From Chiloscyllium plagiosum (lineage: Eukaryota), in assembly GCF_004010195.1 (NCBI RefSeq), contig NC_057718.1, forward strand, positions 94,800,702 through 94,864,701: a stretch of 64,000 bases of DNA. The letters run 5' to 3'. The notes beneath the pieces were generated by a model. The model had not been told where the DNA came from and made no database searches. It worked only from the letters and a program-made list of their open reading frames with translations. Shown in pieces: positions 25,700 through 38,048 of this stretch. The position numbers and the translations under genes are program-made. Every line of letters starts with the position of its first letter. The stretch's first letter is position 1.

Positions 25700-27210
25700 A
25701 AAAGAGAAGTATTTTTGACATGCTTGACAATTCTGCTTGGGTGTCCAGCCAATAGGATGGATAAAGGAGAATCAGTGGATGTAATGCCTTTAAATTTTCA
25801 AAAATCATTCAATAAGCTGCCACACAAGATGTTATTACAGAAAGTTAGAATCCACACTTTTGGGATAATATAGTCAGATGTGGATATGTTCACTGATGAT
25901 TGTTTTCAACACTATTTGCAACTCCACAGATACTGAAGAAGCCTGTGCCAAATGCAGGAAGACATGCACAACATTTAAGTATGGGCTGACAAGTGATAAG
26001 TAACATTTGTGTCATACAAATGCTCAGCAATGACCATTTCCAACAAGAGAGAATCAATCATCTTCCCTTGACATTACAATCACTCAAAATCTCACTAACA
26101 ACATCCTTTGTCCAGAAAATGAGCTAGGCAAGTCTTATAAATATTGTGGCTAAAGGAGCAAGTTAGAGACATAGAACTTTGCAGCAAGTAACTCACCTCC
26201 TAACTCCCTAAAACATGTCCATCATTTGCAAGGCACAAGTCAGGGATGTATTGGAGTCTCCAATTGCCTGGATGGGTGCAGCTCCAACTACATTTAAGTA
26301 GATCTACACCATTCAAAACAAAAACTTCCACTTGATTGGCATCCCATCCACTGCCTACATTCAACCGTTCAATCCCTCCACCACCGATCCACAAGGTCAG
26401 CATTATCTATGATATTCTGGATCAGTGGTGCTGGAAGAGCACAGCAATTCAGGCCTGTCCTCGGATGCTGCCTGAATTGCTGTGCTCTTCCAGCACCACT
26501 GATCCAGAATCTGGTTCCCAGCATCTGCAGTCATTGTTTTTACCTCATTATCTATGATATACTAGGTGCATTTCAGTCACTCACACAATCTCCTTCGACA
26601 GTACCTTCCAAACCTATAGCTACCAGCTAGAAGGACAAGGGGAGCAGACACTAGGGAGCATCACCACTTGTAAGTTCCCTTCCAAGCAACAAACAACCCT
26701 GACTTGGCAAGCAATCACTGTTCCTTCACTGTCAACTAGGACCCAATCCTTGAACTCCCTTCCGAATAGTATTGTGGGTTTATCTATCACATGGAGTGCA
26801 GCAACTCAAGAAGACAGCTCTAATTAGGGACAGGAAATAAATACAGGCCTAGCCAGCAACACTTCTACACCATGCAAAAATATTTTAAAATTATTAGCAT
26901 GAATTGAGGATTGCTTAATGAACAGAAAGCCAAGAGTAGGAATAAACGGGAAATTTTCCAATGGTGAGTCATAACTAGCGAGGTACCAGAAACATCAGTA
27001 CTTTTTCTCAGCAATATACAATCGATATCACTGACTTAGATGAGGGGACCGAATGTAGGATATCAGAGTTTCTTGATGATAGACCATTAACTGGGAAAAT
27101 AAATGGTGGGGAGGATACAAAGAGGCTGGAAAGTGACAGATAGAGACAGGTTGTGTGAATAGGTGAAAAAACTGCACATCGAATATAATATGGTAAAGTT
27201 ATCCACATTC
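25700..27210 (+). mobile_element. Old CR1 fragment split by a LINE family-2 copy (about 25870-26880)
   Basis: RT-like sequence at 25700-25860 continues at about 26895-27210; the intervening LINE has the family-2 3' end. Confidence 0.65.
26416..26545. mobile_element. PLE family A fold-back micro-insertion with 15-bp TSD
   Basis: TSD CATTATCTATGATAT at 26401-26415 and 26546-26560; perfect 41-bp arms at 26414-26454 and 26470-26510. Confidence 0.9.
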
Positions 27211-28002
27211 CTGGCTTCAATTAAACTAATAATTAACCAGAAAAAGTTAGATGATTAAAAACATTGTCTAACTTCTGGGTAATAATTAAACTGACCTCCC
27301 AATGCACCACTGACACCTCAACTACACTTCCCCCAACTCTTACATTTCCCAGGCTCCTGACGACCAGGCTAAAGCAAATTAAGCCTCATCCTAGCAGCAT
27401 GTTTAAAGAGTAGCTTGTAAGACAAATAACCTGTTGTAGAATAAATATAGGGTTGTTCTATCAGAGACATAAATTTGTGTCAACTGTATTTTGGGGAAAG
27501 ATTGGTGTAATTCTGAAATACGAAGTGTGAAATTGCATCTCCAAAAGCAGCACTTCCACAATCCAATGCAAGCTGCAGTGTTCGAACAGGTGACAACAAT
27601 ACATTCAATGTAAAGGCTTCTCAAACTGCATGCATTGCTGTTGGAAAGTGGAAATTCACTGTAAACAGACACTGGGAGGTAGATAACACAATCAAATGTA
27701 ACCAGCTAAATAAATAAGATTGCTGACTGATTGATTCATTGCTGACAACTTTAAGGAGGGAAATAATGTACCATTGATGTGTTTAGATAACCTTTCCCAG
27801 GCTGTATCTCAGATCCTATATGGATTGTAATTACAACAGCTGATGTTATCTCATAAACATTTACTACACTCGTATCAAATTCAAACCATTACTGCTTTAA
27901 GTGAGGCATGTATTTTCAATGGTTAATAACTTTGAATCGAACAAAGAAAAACAGTTGATACAAACATATTTTAACAGTTATATCAGCAATTTCTTCCTAA
28001 AA

Positions 28003-28200
28003 TGGTGTGGAGGTGCCAGCGTTGGACTGGGATGAGCAAAGCCAAAAATCACTGGGTTGTCGTCCAACAGGTTTATTTGAAACCGCAAGCTTTCGAAGCC
28101 CCCGCTCCTTCTTCAAAATGCTAGAAATAGCAGGGTCTCGCAAAGGTTGTGGTTTCAAATAACCTGTTGGACTATAACCCAGTGTAGTGTGAGTTTTGAC
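28003..28200. mobile_element. PLE family B fold-back insertion with a degenerate hammerhead
   Basis: gtccaacaggtttatttgaaacc is inverted to ggtttcaaataacctgttggac; same family as 40724-41105. Confidence 0.75.
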
Positions 28201-28431
28201 TTCCCAATGTGGTTAGTACTTATACAGTAACATTATAGAAAATAATTTCTACTCCATCTTATCATGCAGGTACAGTGTGCTAACAAAGTAAAGCAAAGTT
28301 ACTGGTTGCTTAGGATTGTCTGATCTCTTCAGAATAACATCAGCTTTGCAACACCAAATTGTTACACCAGAATACACTACGAACATCTTGGTGGTTGCCA
28401 GGAAACTGAACTAAGTCTAACCATATAAATA

Positions 28432-28752
28432 TCAAACAATCCCGATAGTGTGGAAACAAGCCATTTGACCCATGAGTCCACGTTGAACCTCTGAAGAGCA
28501 CTTTACCCAGACCCACTCCCTTGTATTTCAAACAGCTAATCCACCTGTCTGCACACCTCAAGTAACTTAGCACAGTCAATCCACCTAACCTGCACACCTT
28601 TGGACTGTGGGAAGAAACCAGAACACGCAGAGGAAAACCCACACAGACACAGAGCGAATGTGCAAATTGCACACAGACATTTGCCCAAGGCTGGAATTGA
28701 ACCTGGGTCCCTGGTGCTGTGAGACAGCAATGCTAACCACTGAACCACTGTG
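28432..28752 (-). mobile_element. HE1-type SINE
   Basis: Full head, body and tail on the minus strand. Confidence 0.9.
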
Positions 28753-29837
28753 CACCCTACATCAGTCTGAATTTTACTGTTTTTGTGTCTATGTCTGGGT
28801 TACATTGTGCTTTGTGGAGGGAACCTCACTGCGTGGCTCAGGGACTATTTTCACCATATCTTGCCATACTAATTGCTAATCCTGTCTGTTTGGTGGCCCT
28901 CATGTCTGTTTTCATTCTCACATCTTACCACCCTCCGTTCCCAGAACAACTTGCCTCTCTTGAGGATATCCATCTGAAGACCAGCATCCCTTGCAACCAC
29001 ACCATCTTTGAAAGGCTACTAAGCACTCGGAGGATCACTGGGATCAGGAAGTTGCACTGCTTGGATAGTTCAAATGTTCAAATTAATCACACCTTTACAC
29101 CCTAAATCCTGGAGCCCCATTGAGCTCTCCATGTGACTAGTGGACTGAGTCATTGTTGCTCAGTATGTGACTACAGTGCGACAATGAACATGGAACCCTG
29201 GATATACATTGCCATAGCAATCAGTTCCATCCCTTTATGATTAACATAACCCTGGTGTTAAGATCTTTTCTGCTTTTCCAGTCCAGCTGTCAAATACAGC
29301 AAACAACAAATGCTGGAGATCACAGCGGGTCAGCACCCATGGAGAGACAGCAAGCTAACCTTTCAAGTCTAGATGACTCTTCATTAGAGCTGACATGTAG
29401 TGTGGAGGGGGTAGCATTTATGTAAGTTATGCAATAGTTGTTGAAGGGAGGTGAATGTGGGGAGGATTGCATTCCTCTAGAAATGCCTCTATGTTAATGT
29501 AACGATCATGATCATTAATTTTTCTTTCTAAAATATTAACAATCAATTTCTGTAATTAAACTGAACACCTTTAGAGTCTGTCATGGATGGTGCTCCAAAC
29601 ATTCTTCTCCAAAACATTACTCATGGTATCGGTTAGCTAAAGAATGGTGATCTCCCATTTGTAGGGGCAGCATCTGTCACTGTCAGTGGTGCGTAGACAC
29701 TCTCTACAGGCAATGATGTGCATTTTGCTCCTGGTGTACCTATACCCAGGCTGGATTCTGCTGATGTTTTGTCACTGGTGGCATTGTTGATGTTGGATTA
29801 CTTATCAGTGATGATGTCTTCCTGGGTAGTGATGTTA

Positions 29838-29968
29838 GGAAAAAGTGAGGACTGCATATGCTGGAGATCAGAGTCAAAAAGTGTGGTGCTGGAAAAGCAC
29901 AGCAGGTTAGGCAGCATCTGAGGAGGAGGAGAATCGGTGTTTCAGGCATAAGCTCTTCATCAGGAATG
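29838..29968 (-). mobile_element. PLE family A terminal-repeat insertion with hammerhead
   Basis: gtgaggactgc...tttcaggcataagctcttcatcagg is the reverse complement of the CTGATGA..GAAA unit. Confidence 0.8.
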
Positions 29969-30019
29969 TGACGTTGCTGATGTTAAGATCTTTTCTGCTT
30001 TTCCAGTTCAGCTGACTAT

Positions 30020-30625
30020 CAAATACAGAAAACAACAAATGCTGGCGATCACAGCAGATCAGCATTCATGGAGAGACAGCAAGCTAATGTTTCAAGTCTA
30101 GATGACTCTTCATCAGAGCTGACATGGAGTGGACAGCATTTATGCAATAGTTGTTGGAGGGGAGGTGAAAGTAGGGAGGATGGCATGCTGGGGGAGTTAA
30201 AATACTAATAGTTCAGATTAAGCAATCAAAATGTGAGAATATAGGACAATGGTGTGTCTAATTGCCAGAATGGAAAGAACAAACAGTCCCACTGGAGTCA
30301 GAGGAAGGGAGAGAGGACATGGTGACAGAGGGTATAAGCTAAAAGAAAGGGAAGGAATGGAAGTGGATTCACAATCTGAAGATGCTGAACTCAATATTGA
30401 GTCCAGGAGACTGTAAAGTGCCTGGTCTAAAGATAAGATGTTCCTCCAGTTTGCGCTGTAATTCACAGGAACACAGCAGCATGCTGAGGACAGACATGTT
30501 GGCATGTGAGCAGAACACTGTCTTAAAATGACTGGCTACAGGAAGGTCTGGGTCCTGCTTGCACACGGACCAGAGGTGTTCTGCAAAGCGATCACCCAGT
30601 CTGCATTTAGTTTCTCCAATGCAGA
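30020..30625 (-). mobile_element. PLE family C 3' part: GIY-YIG C-terminus plus terminal repeat
   Basis: IGETKCRLGDRFAEH...PVASHF...QRKLEEHLIFRPGTLQSPGLNIEF. Confidence 0.85.
30083..30119 (-). ncRNA. Minimal hammerhead ribozyme motif (PLE family C)
   Basis: GCU-CUGAUGA-A-GAGUC(AUCUA)GACUU-GAA-ACAU-U-AGC. Confidence 0.75.
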
Positions 30626-31486
30626 GCAAAGGCTGATATCCAAGTTCAGAACCCATGAAGATGGCCTCAACCAGGACCTTGGGTTCATGTCACACTACAG
30701 GTGACCCCACTACACTTTACACTCTCTCATACACATGCACTCTTACATACTCACACACTCACGTGGACTCTCTCACATACACACGCTGTGTCTCATAGAC
30801 AGACACATACACTCCCCACACTCACACCCACGTGCACAACCTCTCATAGGCTTATACTCCATCACACTCACACACACACTTTACCAAGCATGCACACACA
30901 CAAACGCGCACTCTCTTATGCACACTCACACTCACACACTCACCTGCACACACTGTCTCTGTCTCTCATGCACACACACACACACACACATATAAGTGTA
31001 TGGGCTGAATTTGCATTTGCAGAATTGTATTTCCAGATACATTCTATTTTGCTCAAAAAGCACACAATCTGCAGGCAGTCAATGCAAGCAGTCAATCCAT
31101 GTAATAGTTTATAAGTTGATACTTTGGAAATAGAACCAGTCTGACTCAAGATTGGAATACAGAAAGATTCTAACCTCACACCTTTAATACATTGTCTGAG
31201 CTGAGATGTCACCTTTTTAAATAAAACCTTAAATTATCTCGAGCATGTGACTCAAAAGAAGTTCTGGGTTTTACATATTAATGAACTGAAACCTGCAACC
31301 CATTCTAAAAGATGAAAGACTTAACAGCAATCTAAGTTTGTTCATTTCAGTTGCATGACACTGTAATCTTTTGCTCTAAATTCTGTGTCATATGATCCCA
31401 TTCCACAGCTATCTGATAAAGGAGCAGCCCTCCGAAAGCTAGTGCTTCCAAATAAACTTGTTTATTTGGTGTTCTGTGATTTTTAG
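30621..31486 (+). mobile_element. PLE family B 3' part: ORF C-terminus, (CA)-rich UTR and degenerate hammerhead (31413)
   Basis: AEQRLISKFRTHEDGLNQDLGFMSHYR* at 30621-30704; downstream UTR is related to 42770-43267. Confidence 0.8.
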
Positions 31487-31657
31487 CAATGTAGAGGCAG
31501 CAGTGAATACAACACAGACTCTGTTCCCTCTTGCTTGTTGACTGGCTTTATCCTCAATGACATACACCTCAGTGTCTCAGCCTCAGCAATAACTTCTGTT
31601 GGCCCTAGCTTTTCACAATTGGATCCTGAACACGTACATTGTCCTTTCAACAGCTCA

Positions 31658-31692
31658 TTTCTGATGAAGGGCTTATGCCCGAAATGTTGATT
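31658..31692 (+). ncRNA. Minimal hammerhead ribozyme motif (PLE family A)
   Basis: CUGAUGA-A-GGGC(UUAU)GCCC-GAA-AUGU-U; stem III shows a CpG-type change. Confidence 0.7.
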
Positions 31693-31782
31693 CTCCTGCT
31701 CCTCGGATACTGCCTGACCTGCTGTGCTTTTCCAGCACTACACTCTCGACTCTGAGCTGCAGCATCTGCAGTCCTCACTTTC
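31658..31782 (+). mobile_element. PLE family A solo terminal repeat with 16-bp TSD
   Basis: TSD TCCTTTCAACAGCTCA at 31642-31657 and 31783-31798. Confidence 0.9.
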
Positions 31783-32044
31783 TCCTTTCAACAGCTCAAA
31801 CAAGGTTTCACATGGTTGTCAATGTGCTGACCTCCTCCTATGTGGTCACTTGGAGAAAGTATGTTACTTGACAAAAGTGTCTTATACATTCTTTCATTCA
31901 ACAGCACTTCATTTTTGCTGTTAATATTCATTTACAGTGTATCTGAGCATCACAGATGAGATTAGCATTTTCTGTCCATAATTGTTTTGGAGAAAGTGTT
32001 GATTGCAGTCAAGTTGAATCACTGCAATTCTTGGGACATAAGGG

Positions 32045-32345
32045 CACTCGCAGAGCTATAAAGGAGGGAGTTTCAGGATTTTGACCCAGTGACACTGAAG
32101 AAATGGTGATATATTTCAAAGTCAGGATGACGAGTGGTTAGGAGGGGGAGCTGTAGGTGGTTGAATTCCCATTTGCCTGATGCCTTTCACCTTCTCAATG
32201 GTAGAGTTTAGGGGATTTACGGTAACAGTCAAAGGATCCTAGTTGAGTTACTGCTTGTGCATCTTGTAAACATAAGCATATTGAGTAGCTGGTGGACTGA
32301 GTGAATCTGTAGTGATGATGAATTAGATGCCAATCAAGTGAATTT
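32045..32345 (-). mobile_element. LINE family-2 3' region
   Basis: Reverse complement of the 'ttcactgtcactgggtcaaaatcctg' family. Confidence 0.65.
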
Positions 32346-32777
32346 CTGGATCATTGTCACATTGCACACTCAAATTTGTCAGGAATCCCGAAAGATAAAG
32401 CTAATGCCACTGTTCAGTCAAAAGCCACAGAGAAATCCATTGCACAAAGCTTCTGGTACTCTGTTGGAATTCCTACTACATATTGGTTGAAAGGTTAATT
32501 CAGTTCATTATGTTTGAACATGTTGCCAAGAATTTAGGCCATAAAACACTCACAGATACTAATAATGATACTTACCTGAAACATAGATTGCCGTGCACAC
32601 TTTTCTCAGAATGTCATTGCACTATTAAGATGATCTACTCCTGGTTATTTCCATATTTCAAACAGAGGCACCATTGATCCTGTCTGATTAGACCGCCATC
32701 AGTTTAAATGTCCATTGAAAAATTCCCAGTTCAAACTTGCTGGATTGTTAGTTTATCTGACTCATCAAGAATAAATG

Positions 32778-33068
32778 GAGCAAGTGAGGACTGCAGATGC
32801 TGGAGATCAGAGTCAAAAAGTGTGGTGCTGGAAAAGCGCAGCAGGTCAGACAGCATCCGAGGAGCAGGAGAGTCAACGTTTCGGGCCTTCATCAGGAATG
32901 TCAGGAAACCTGGAAGATAGAGCTAATGCCACTTCTCTGTCAAAAGCCACAGAGAAATCAGTTGCACAATGCTCTGATTTCTTGACATTCCTGATGAAGG
33001 ACTTATGACAGAAGTATCGAATCTCCTGCTCCTCAGATGCTCCCTGATTTTCCAGTGCTACAGTTTCG
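32778..33068. mobile_element. PLE family A fold-back insertion enclosing a copy of local DNA
   Basis: Inverted arms; 19-bp TSD (32759-32777 and 33069-33087, 2 mismatches); 32899-32976 copies 32377-32455. Confidence 0.85.
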
Positions 33069-33409
33069 GACTCTTCAAGATTAAATGACTGTCATACTCG
33101 AAGCTTTAATTTTAGGATTTATCACCTCATGATACCGTTTGTTTTATCATATGGATATATCCCGAGTTCATTAAGCACGTTCATGTGACTTCATTGAGCC
33201 AGCTCACAATGTAAGCATGTGATGATGGAGGTCAGATATGGACAAGGGTTTTCAGGCACTAATCCAGAAATGCTTCAACTTGACAGGAATAGATTTATTA
33301 CCAAAATGTAGTGAACAAAAGGATGAATTGAGTTGACAGAAATAGGTCAAACTTATTCTCAAATGTTAGTGGAATAAATAATGGATTTCAATAGCAGTGT
33401 TTTGCTTTT

Positions 33410-33605
33410 TGATGTCAACGTTTCAGGAAAAAGCTTTTCATCAGAAGTGAGGCCTCGATTTTCCTGCTCCTCGGATGCTGCCTGACCTGCTGTGCTTTTC
33501 CAGCATCACTCTAATCTTGACTAGCATCCATGGGATGCTGTGATCCGCTGTGATCTCCAGCATTTGTTGTTTTCAGTACAGATTCCAGCACCTGCTGTGA
33601 TTTGT
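33410..33605. mobile_element. Nested PLE family A and C terminal-repeat fragments
   Basis: Antisense hammerhead-like 'cgtttcaggaaaaagcttttcatcag', a sense family A body, then a family C tail. Confidence 0.65.
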
Positions 33606-34024
33606 TGAGTTATAATGTTGTGTTGGTGCTGCAAAGGATGTTTCTTGCAGTGAAGGCATTTTTGAATCCATTTACAAGGGAAGTGCAGCACTGACAAATT
33701 ATGTCATTAACCTGCCCGCTGCTTCATAAATATGTAGAAGCATTTGGACCCTCGAGCCTGTTCCACCATTAAACATGATCATAGTTCATATCCATCTCAA
33801 CTCACTTTCCTGCTCAGGGAGCAATAAACCAGTTAAGCTCACATCTGCTGTAAGCAAAATACCAGAGTCAATAATTAAGGTCAAGGTGACTGAAAAGTTT
33901 GAAAACTTTCACCTGAACAGAAAGTTGAGTGGATGTGCGCAGGGTTATCAAACTTGATGAAGTTTTTGAAGAGGTGAATAAAGAGAATGACAGGGAAATG
34001 CCTGCGGATACTAATTATAGACTG

Positions 34025-34226
34025 CATTGTCGCCGTAGTCTTACCAGGGGCTGCTCTCTTTAGAGAGAAGTGACTGGTGGTGATTTAACCTGAGGGCCAC
34101 CAGACCTCAGGTGAGGGAAGAGGTTGAGAAGGAGAGTCCTTCATGGTAGCTTCAAACCAGTGAAGGGAATTGAATCCTTGGTGTTGGCATCATACTGCTC
34201 TCAGTATGATACAGCCAACTGAGTTA
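34025..34226 (-). mobile_element. tRNA-derived SINE, family 2
   Basis: Reverse complement of the ...ctcaggttaaatcaccaccagtca... family. Confidence 0.65.
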
Positions 34227-34274
34227 CATCTTCCTAAGCCAGCAGAACTGGGCTTTTGTTGGACCCGAGAATCT

Positions 34275-34860
34275 TTTCTTTATTCATTCATGGGATGTGG
34301 GTGTCGTTAGTTATAACTCATCCCTAATTGCCCAGAGGCCAGTTTCAGAGTAAAGCACATTGCTATGGGTCTGGAGTCACTTATAGGCCAGATCAGGTAA
34401 GGATGGCAGTTTTTCTTCTCTAAAGGACAGTAGTGAACCAAATGATGCTTTTTTACAACAAATGGCAATAGTTTCATGGTCATCATTTAGATTTTTAATT
34501 CACTTTTTATTTAAGTCAAATTTTGTCATCTGTTGTATGATTCCAGGCTCAAACGACTATCTGCGTGGGTTTCCTTTGGTTGCTCCAGTTTCCTCCCACA
34601 GCCCAAAGATGTGCAGGTTAGGTGGATTGGGCATGTGAAATCGCCATAGTGTTCAGGGATGTGTATTAGTTAGGGGAAATGGAGACTAATAGGTTAGAGG
34701 ATGGGTCTGTGTGGGATACTCTTCAGAGGGTTGGTGTGGACTTGTTGGGCCAAATGGCCTGTTTCCACACTATAGGGATTCTATGAATTGGACTAAGGTT
34801 AACAGACCATTATCTGGGTCACTGGCTTATTAATCTAGTAACAAGAGCACTACACCACCC
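34275..34860 (-). mobile_element. SINE family 3 interrupted by a HE1-type SINE (34560-34786, +)
   Basis: Antisense of the 24171-24490 family; the HE1 3' part lies inside it. Confidence 0.7.
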
Positions 34861-34949
34861 CTTTCTTATTTCGGCGTAATTAAAATACCTCTTTCCACGA
34901 ATGATTTCCAAAACAGCCAGCAGGGAAAGGGGATAAAATGATGCATTAT

Positions 34950-35405
34950 GGTTGGCACGGTGGCTCAGTGGTTAGCACTTCTGCCTCACAGCACTGGGTT
35001 CAATTCTAATCTTGGACAACTGTCTGTGTGGACTTTGCACATTCCGTATACATGTATGTGTGTGTTTCCAGTGGATGCTCCTGGTTCCTCTCACAATCCA
35101 AAGGTGTGCAGGTTAGGTGGATTGGCCATGCTAAATTACCCCATAGCTTTCAGGGATACGTAGGTTAGATGGATTAGCCACGGGAAATGTGGGAATAGGA
35201 TAATGGGTGTGGAACTGGGTTGGATGCTCTTTGGAGGGTCAGTGTAGACTTGATGGGCTGCATGGCCTCTATATGCATTGTTGGGTTTCTATGATTAAGC
35301 AAACTACATAAAAACAAGTTATTTGGGGTCGCTCAGTGATTAGCACGAGGGACCAAGTTTCAATTCCAGACTGTCTGTGTGGAGTTTGCACATTCTCCCT
35401 GTGTC
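34950..35405 (+). mobile_element. HE1-type SINE (34950-35295) plus a second 5' fragment (35325-35405)
   Basis: A and B boxes, central domain and tail. Confidence 0.85.
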
Positions 35406-35431
35406 TTCATCTTTTCCCATTCTGCAGCAGC

Positions 35432-36090
35432 TGTAGAGTGTCATAGAGGTTTGACAGCATGGAAAGAGACCTTCAGTCCATTGAGCCCATACTGACCATC
35501 AGACTCCCACCCACTTGGCACCACAGCACTGTATGCCATGATGTTTCAAGTGCCCATTTAAATACTTCTGAAACGTCTTGAGTGTTCCTACCTGTACTGC
35601 ACTCTTATAGAGTCGAGGATTACAGCACAGAGAAAGGCCTTAAAGTCCATCACTGGCCAAAAAAAACCCACTTAATTATTCTAATCCCATTTCCCAACAA
35701 ATGGCCCCAATGCCATGAATAACTTGGCATCGAAAGCACATATTTCTCAAATTTTATTAACACTTCTGCCTCTCCCACCTGTACAGTCAGAGAATTCCCA
35801 AATCCCTCTGGACTGGAAAAATGTTGCCTCAAATTTCCCCTAAACCTCCTGCTCCTTACCTTAAAACTGTTCCCCCTGGTTATTGATCCCTCCACAACAG
35901 AGAAACGTTTCTCCCTCTCTACACTGCTCAGAACTTTGTACGCCTCAATTGGATTCCCTCCTCAGCCTTCCCTGTTCAAAGGAAAACAACCCCAGCCTGT
36001 CTAGGGCTCTTCACAGCCGAATCGCTGCAGCTCAGACACCTCCTGGTTAATCTCTTCTGCACTCTCTCTAGTGCAATCACATCCTGTAGC
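35432..36090 (-). mobile_element. Two adjacent CR1 3' ends
   Basis: ITRGNSFKVRSRRFRGNLR; two tail starts at about 35432 and 35605. Confidence 0.75.
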
Positions 36091-36151
36091 ATTGTTGGGG
36101 AAAAAAAGTAAGGGAAGGAAATTAGGAAGGAAAACAGTCAGCGGATCAGCT

Positions 36152-36360
36152 GAGCAACTGGGTGGGGGAGGCAAGGACAGAAGAAAAGAATCTGTGCTGG
36201 GAGAAGCAGATAACAAATAAGACAACAAAGAACTAGGGCGGAACACTTAGTGCCTTTTGATTGATTAATAGACAGATGGAAAACCAGTAAAGCTCTATCC
36301 TTATCAATCAAAGTGTGTCAGCATGTCCAGTAGCGTAAAGGGAGCACTTGGTCTAGACTG
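36152..36360 (+). repeat. ~210-bp direct repeat, copy 1 (copy 2 at 37814-38021)
   Basis: The two copies align visually end to end with scattered substitutions. Confidence 0.9.
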
Positions 36361-37072
36361 TGTAGTGTGTCTAAGATTAATAATTCAGGAGATGGAAGAT
36401 CATGGCTGTGAATTATTATTTCTACGTGCCCATCATGTGGTTTTCTGCTGCAAAATTTTGAAAATAAATGATGAATAATTACTCCTCCTCCCAATAGCCT
36501 ACAGCAGGCTATTTTCAACTTCTGGTCATGTGTCTACCTGGAAAAATGAGTAAACACAGTGAATGCATTGTGCCTCCAAAACGTCTGGTGTAGTTTCTTA
36601 TGTGAGCCAATTGCTGGCTTTTCAATGTTTTCAATGGTTGCGGTGGCTTTTGGCTTCCTCGTTGTGGTTTTCGACCACATCTGAATAGGAGCAAAGAAGT
36701 GGTTGCAATAATATTTTTTCCGTAGTGTATGATCTCCCAGATGTCTCAATATTTACCATATGCTGAGTGTACCAATTTGCGGCTTGATCTGTTAACTGTA
36801 TAAGGAAGAAGACTATCATGTTCCCGCTACAAATTAATTTTGATCACGAGCCTCTCCTAGTATTTATGCTCAAATGCCGTCTTCCTTTTCCCTCCAGCCA
36901 GATTTTCAGTGCACAACCCAAGTTATAAATGATGTCCTTCAATGATTAAGATCAAGATACTTTGTGCTTTCTCTGCCACTTGAACCCTTTGATATAGCTG
37001 ACCACATTACCCTCCTCCATTGCCTCTCAGAAGACCCACTATGGTTTTCTTCTGAGCTTATATATTCAGTCA

Positions 37073-37178
37073 TTGGGCTCTTGCAGTAGAGTGGTAGTGC
37101 ATGTACCTCTAAGCCAGGAGGCCCAGGTCCCCTCGATATGTATCATAGTATGTCTGAATAGGTAGATGAAAAATATCT
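37073..37178 (+). mobile_element. Short tRNA-derived SINE
   Basis: 'gtagagtggtagtg..tacctctaagccaggaggcccagg' head; imperfect TSD tatattcagtca/tatatttagcca. Confidence 0.5.
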
Positions 37179-37731
37179 ATTATATTTAGCCAGAGCATTG
37201 TCAAAAATGGCTTCTCTTCTCACCCATTCATTGTTACCTCTGAAAGTTCCATAAAGTGACCACTTTTGGTCCCATCCTCTTCCTGATTGTTATGCTGTCT
37301 CTTGTTGGAATCTTTCACAATTTCAGAGGCAACTTTCATGGGTGAACAAGTCCACCTCCCCATTAATTCACGCAATCCTTCTGCTATCTTTGTGCTTTCA
37401 AATTGTTTATGCAAACCTGTTTCATGCAATTTCCTTCGGTTAAACATTGGGAAGACTATAAAGCCATCATCTTTGGATGATCATCTACAATCTCTATCCT
37501 TTTCCAAAAAAAAATCTCCTATTCTTCCTCAGGCTATCTTAGATTGAATCGCATTTTTTGTTTTGCAATGTCAATATTCTTTTGAACCCTATTTTGAATT
37601 TTTGATTCATATCACCTCTAATCAAAAAGACCCCCAATTTCTCCTCTGTAAAAACACCTGCTTCTACCATTACCTCAGTTGCAGAACATCTCATACATGC
37701 CTTTGTCACAGTCAAATTCAAATATTATTAT

Positions 37732-38048
37732 TATTCTGAAGACGGGTCACTGGACTCAAAATGTTAACTCTGCTTTCCCTCCACAGATGCTGCCAGGCCT
37801 GCTGAGTTTTGCCAGCAACTGGGTGAGGGAGGCAAGGATAGAAGAAAAGAGGCAGAGCTGGGAGAAGCAGATAACAAACAAGACAACAAAGAACTAGAGA
37901 GGAAGACTTAGTGCCTTTTAATAGATTAATAGACAGATAGAGTACCAATGAAGCTCTGTGCTTATCAATCAAGGTGTGTCTGCATGTCCAGTAGCAAAAA
38001 AGGGATCACGTGATCTAGACTGAGTTTTTGTTTCAGATTTTCAACATT
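37732..38048 (+). mobile_element. PLE family E terminal repeat (degenerate hammerhead at 37736) interrupted by the 210-bp duplicate
   Basis: CTGAAGA-C-GGGTC(ACTG)GACTC-AAA-ATGT-T-AAC; element resumes 'gtttttgtttcagatttt' after 38021. Confidence 0.7.

Noticed and set aside
36537..36800. Possible minus-strand exon
   Set aside because: Several alternative frames and acceptors with no recognisable peptide; may be a conserved non-coding element, which I cannot test
36152..38021. LTR retrotransposon interpretation of the 210-bp direct repeats
   Set aside because: No TG…CA ends, primer-binding site, polypurine tract, TSD or gag/pol remnants
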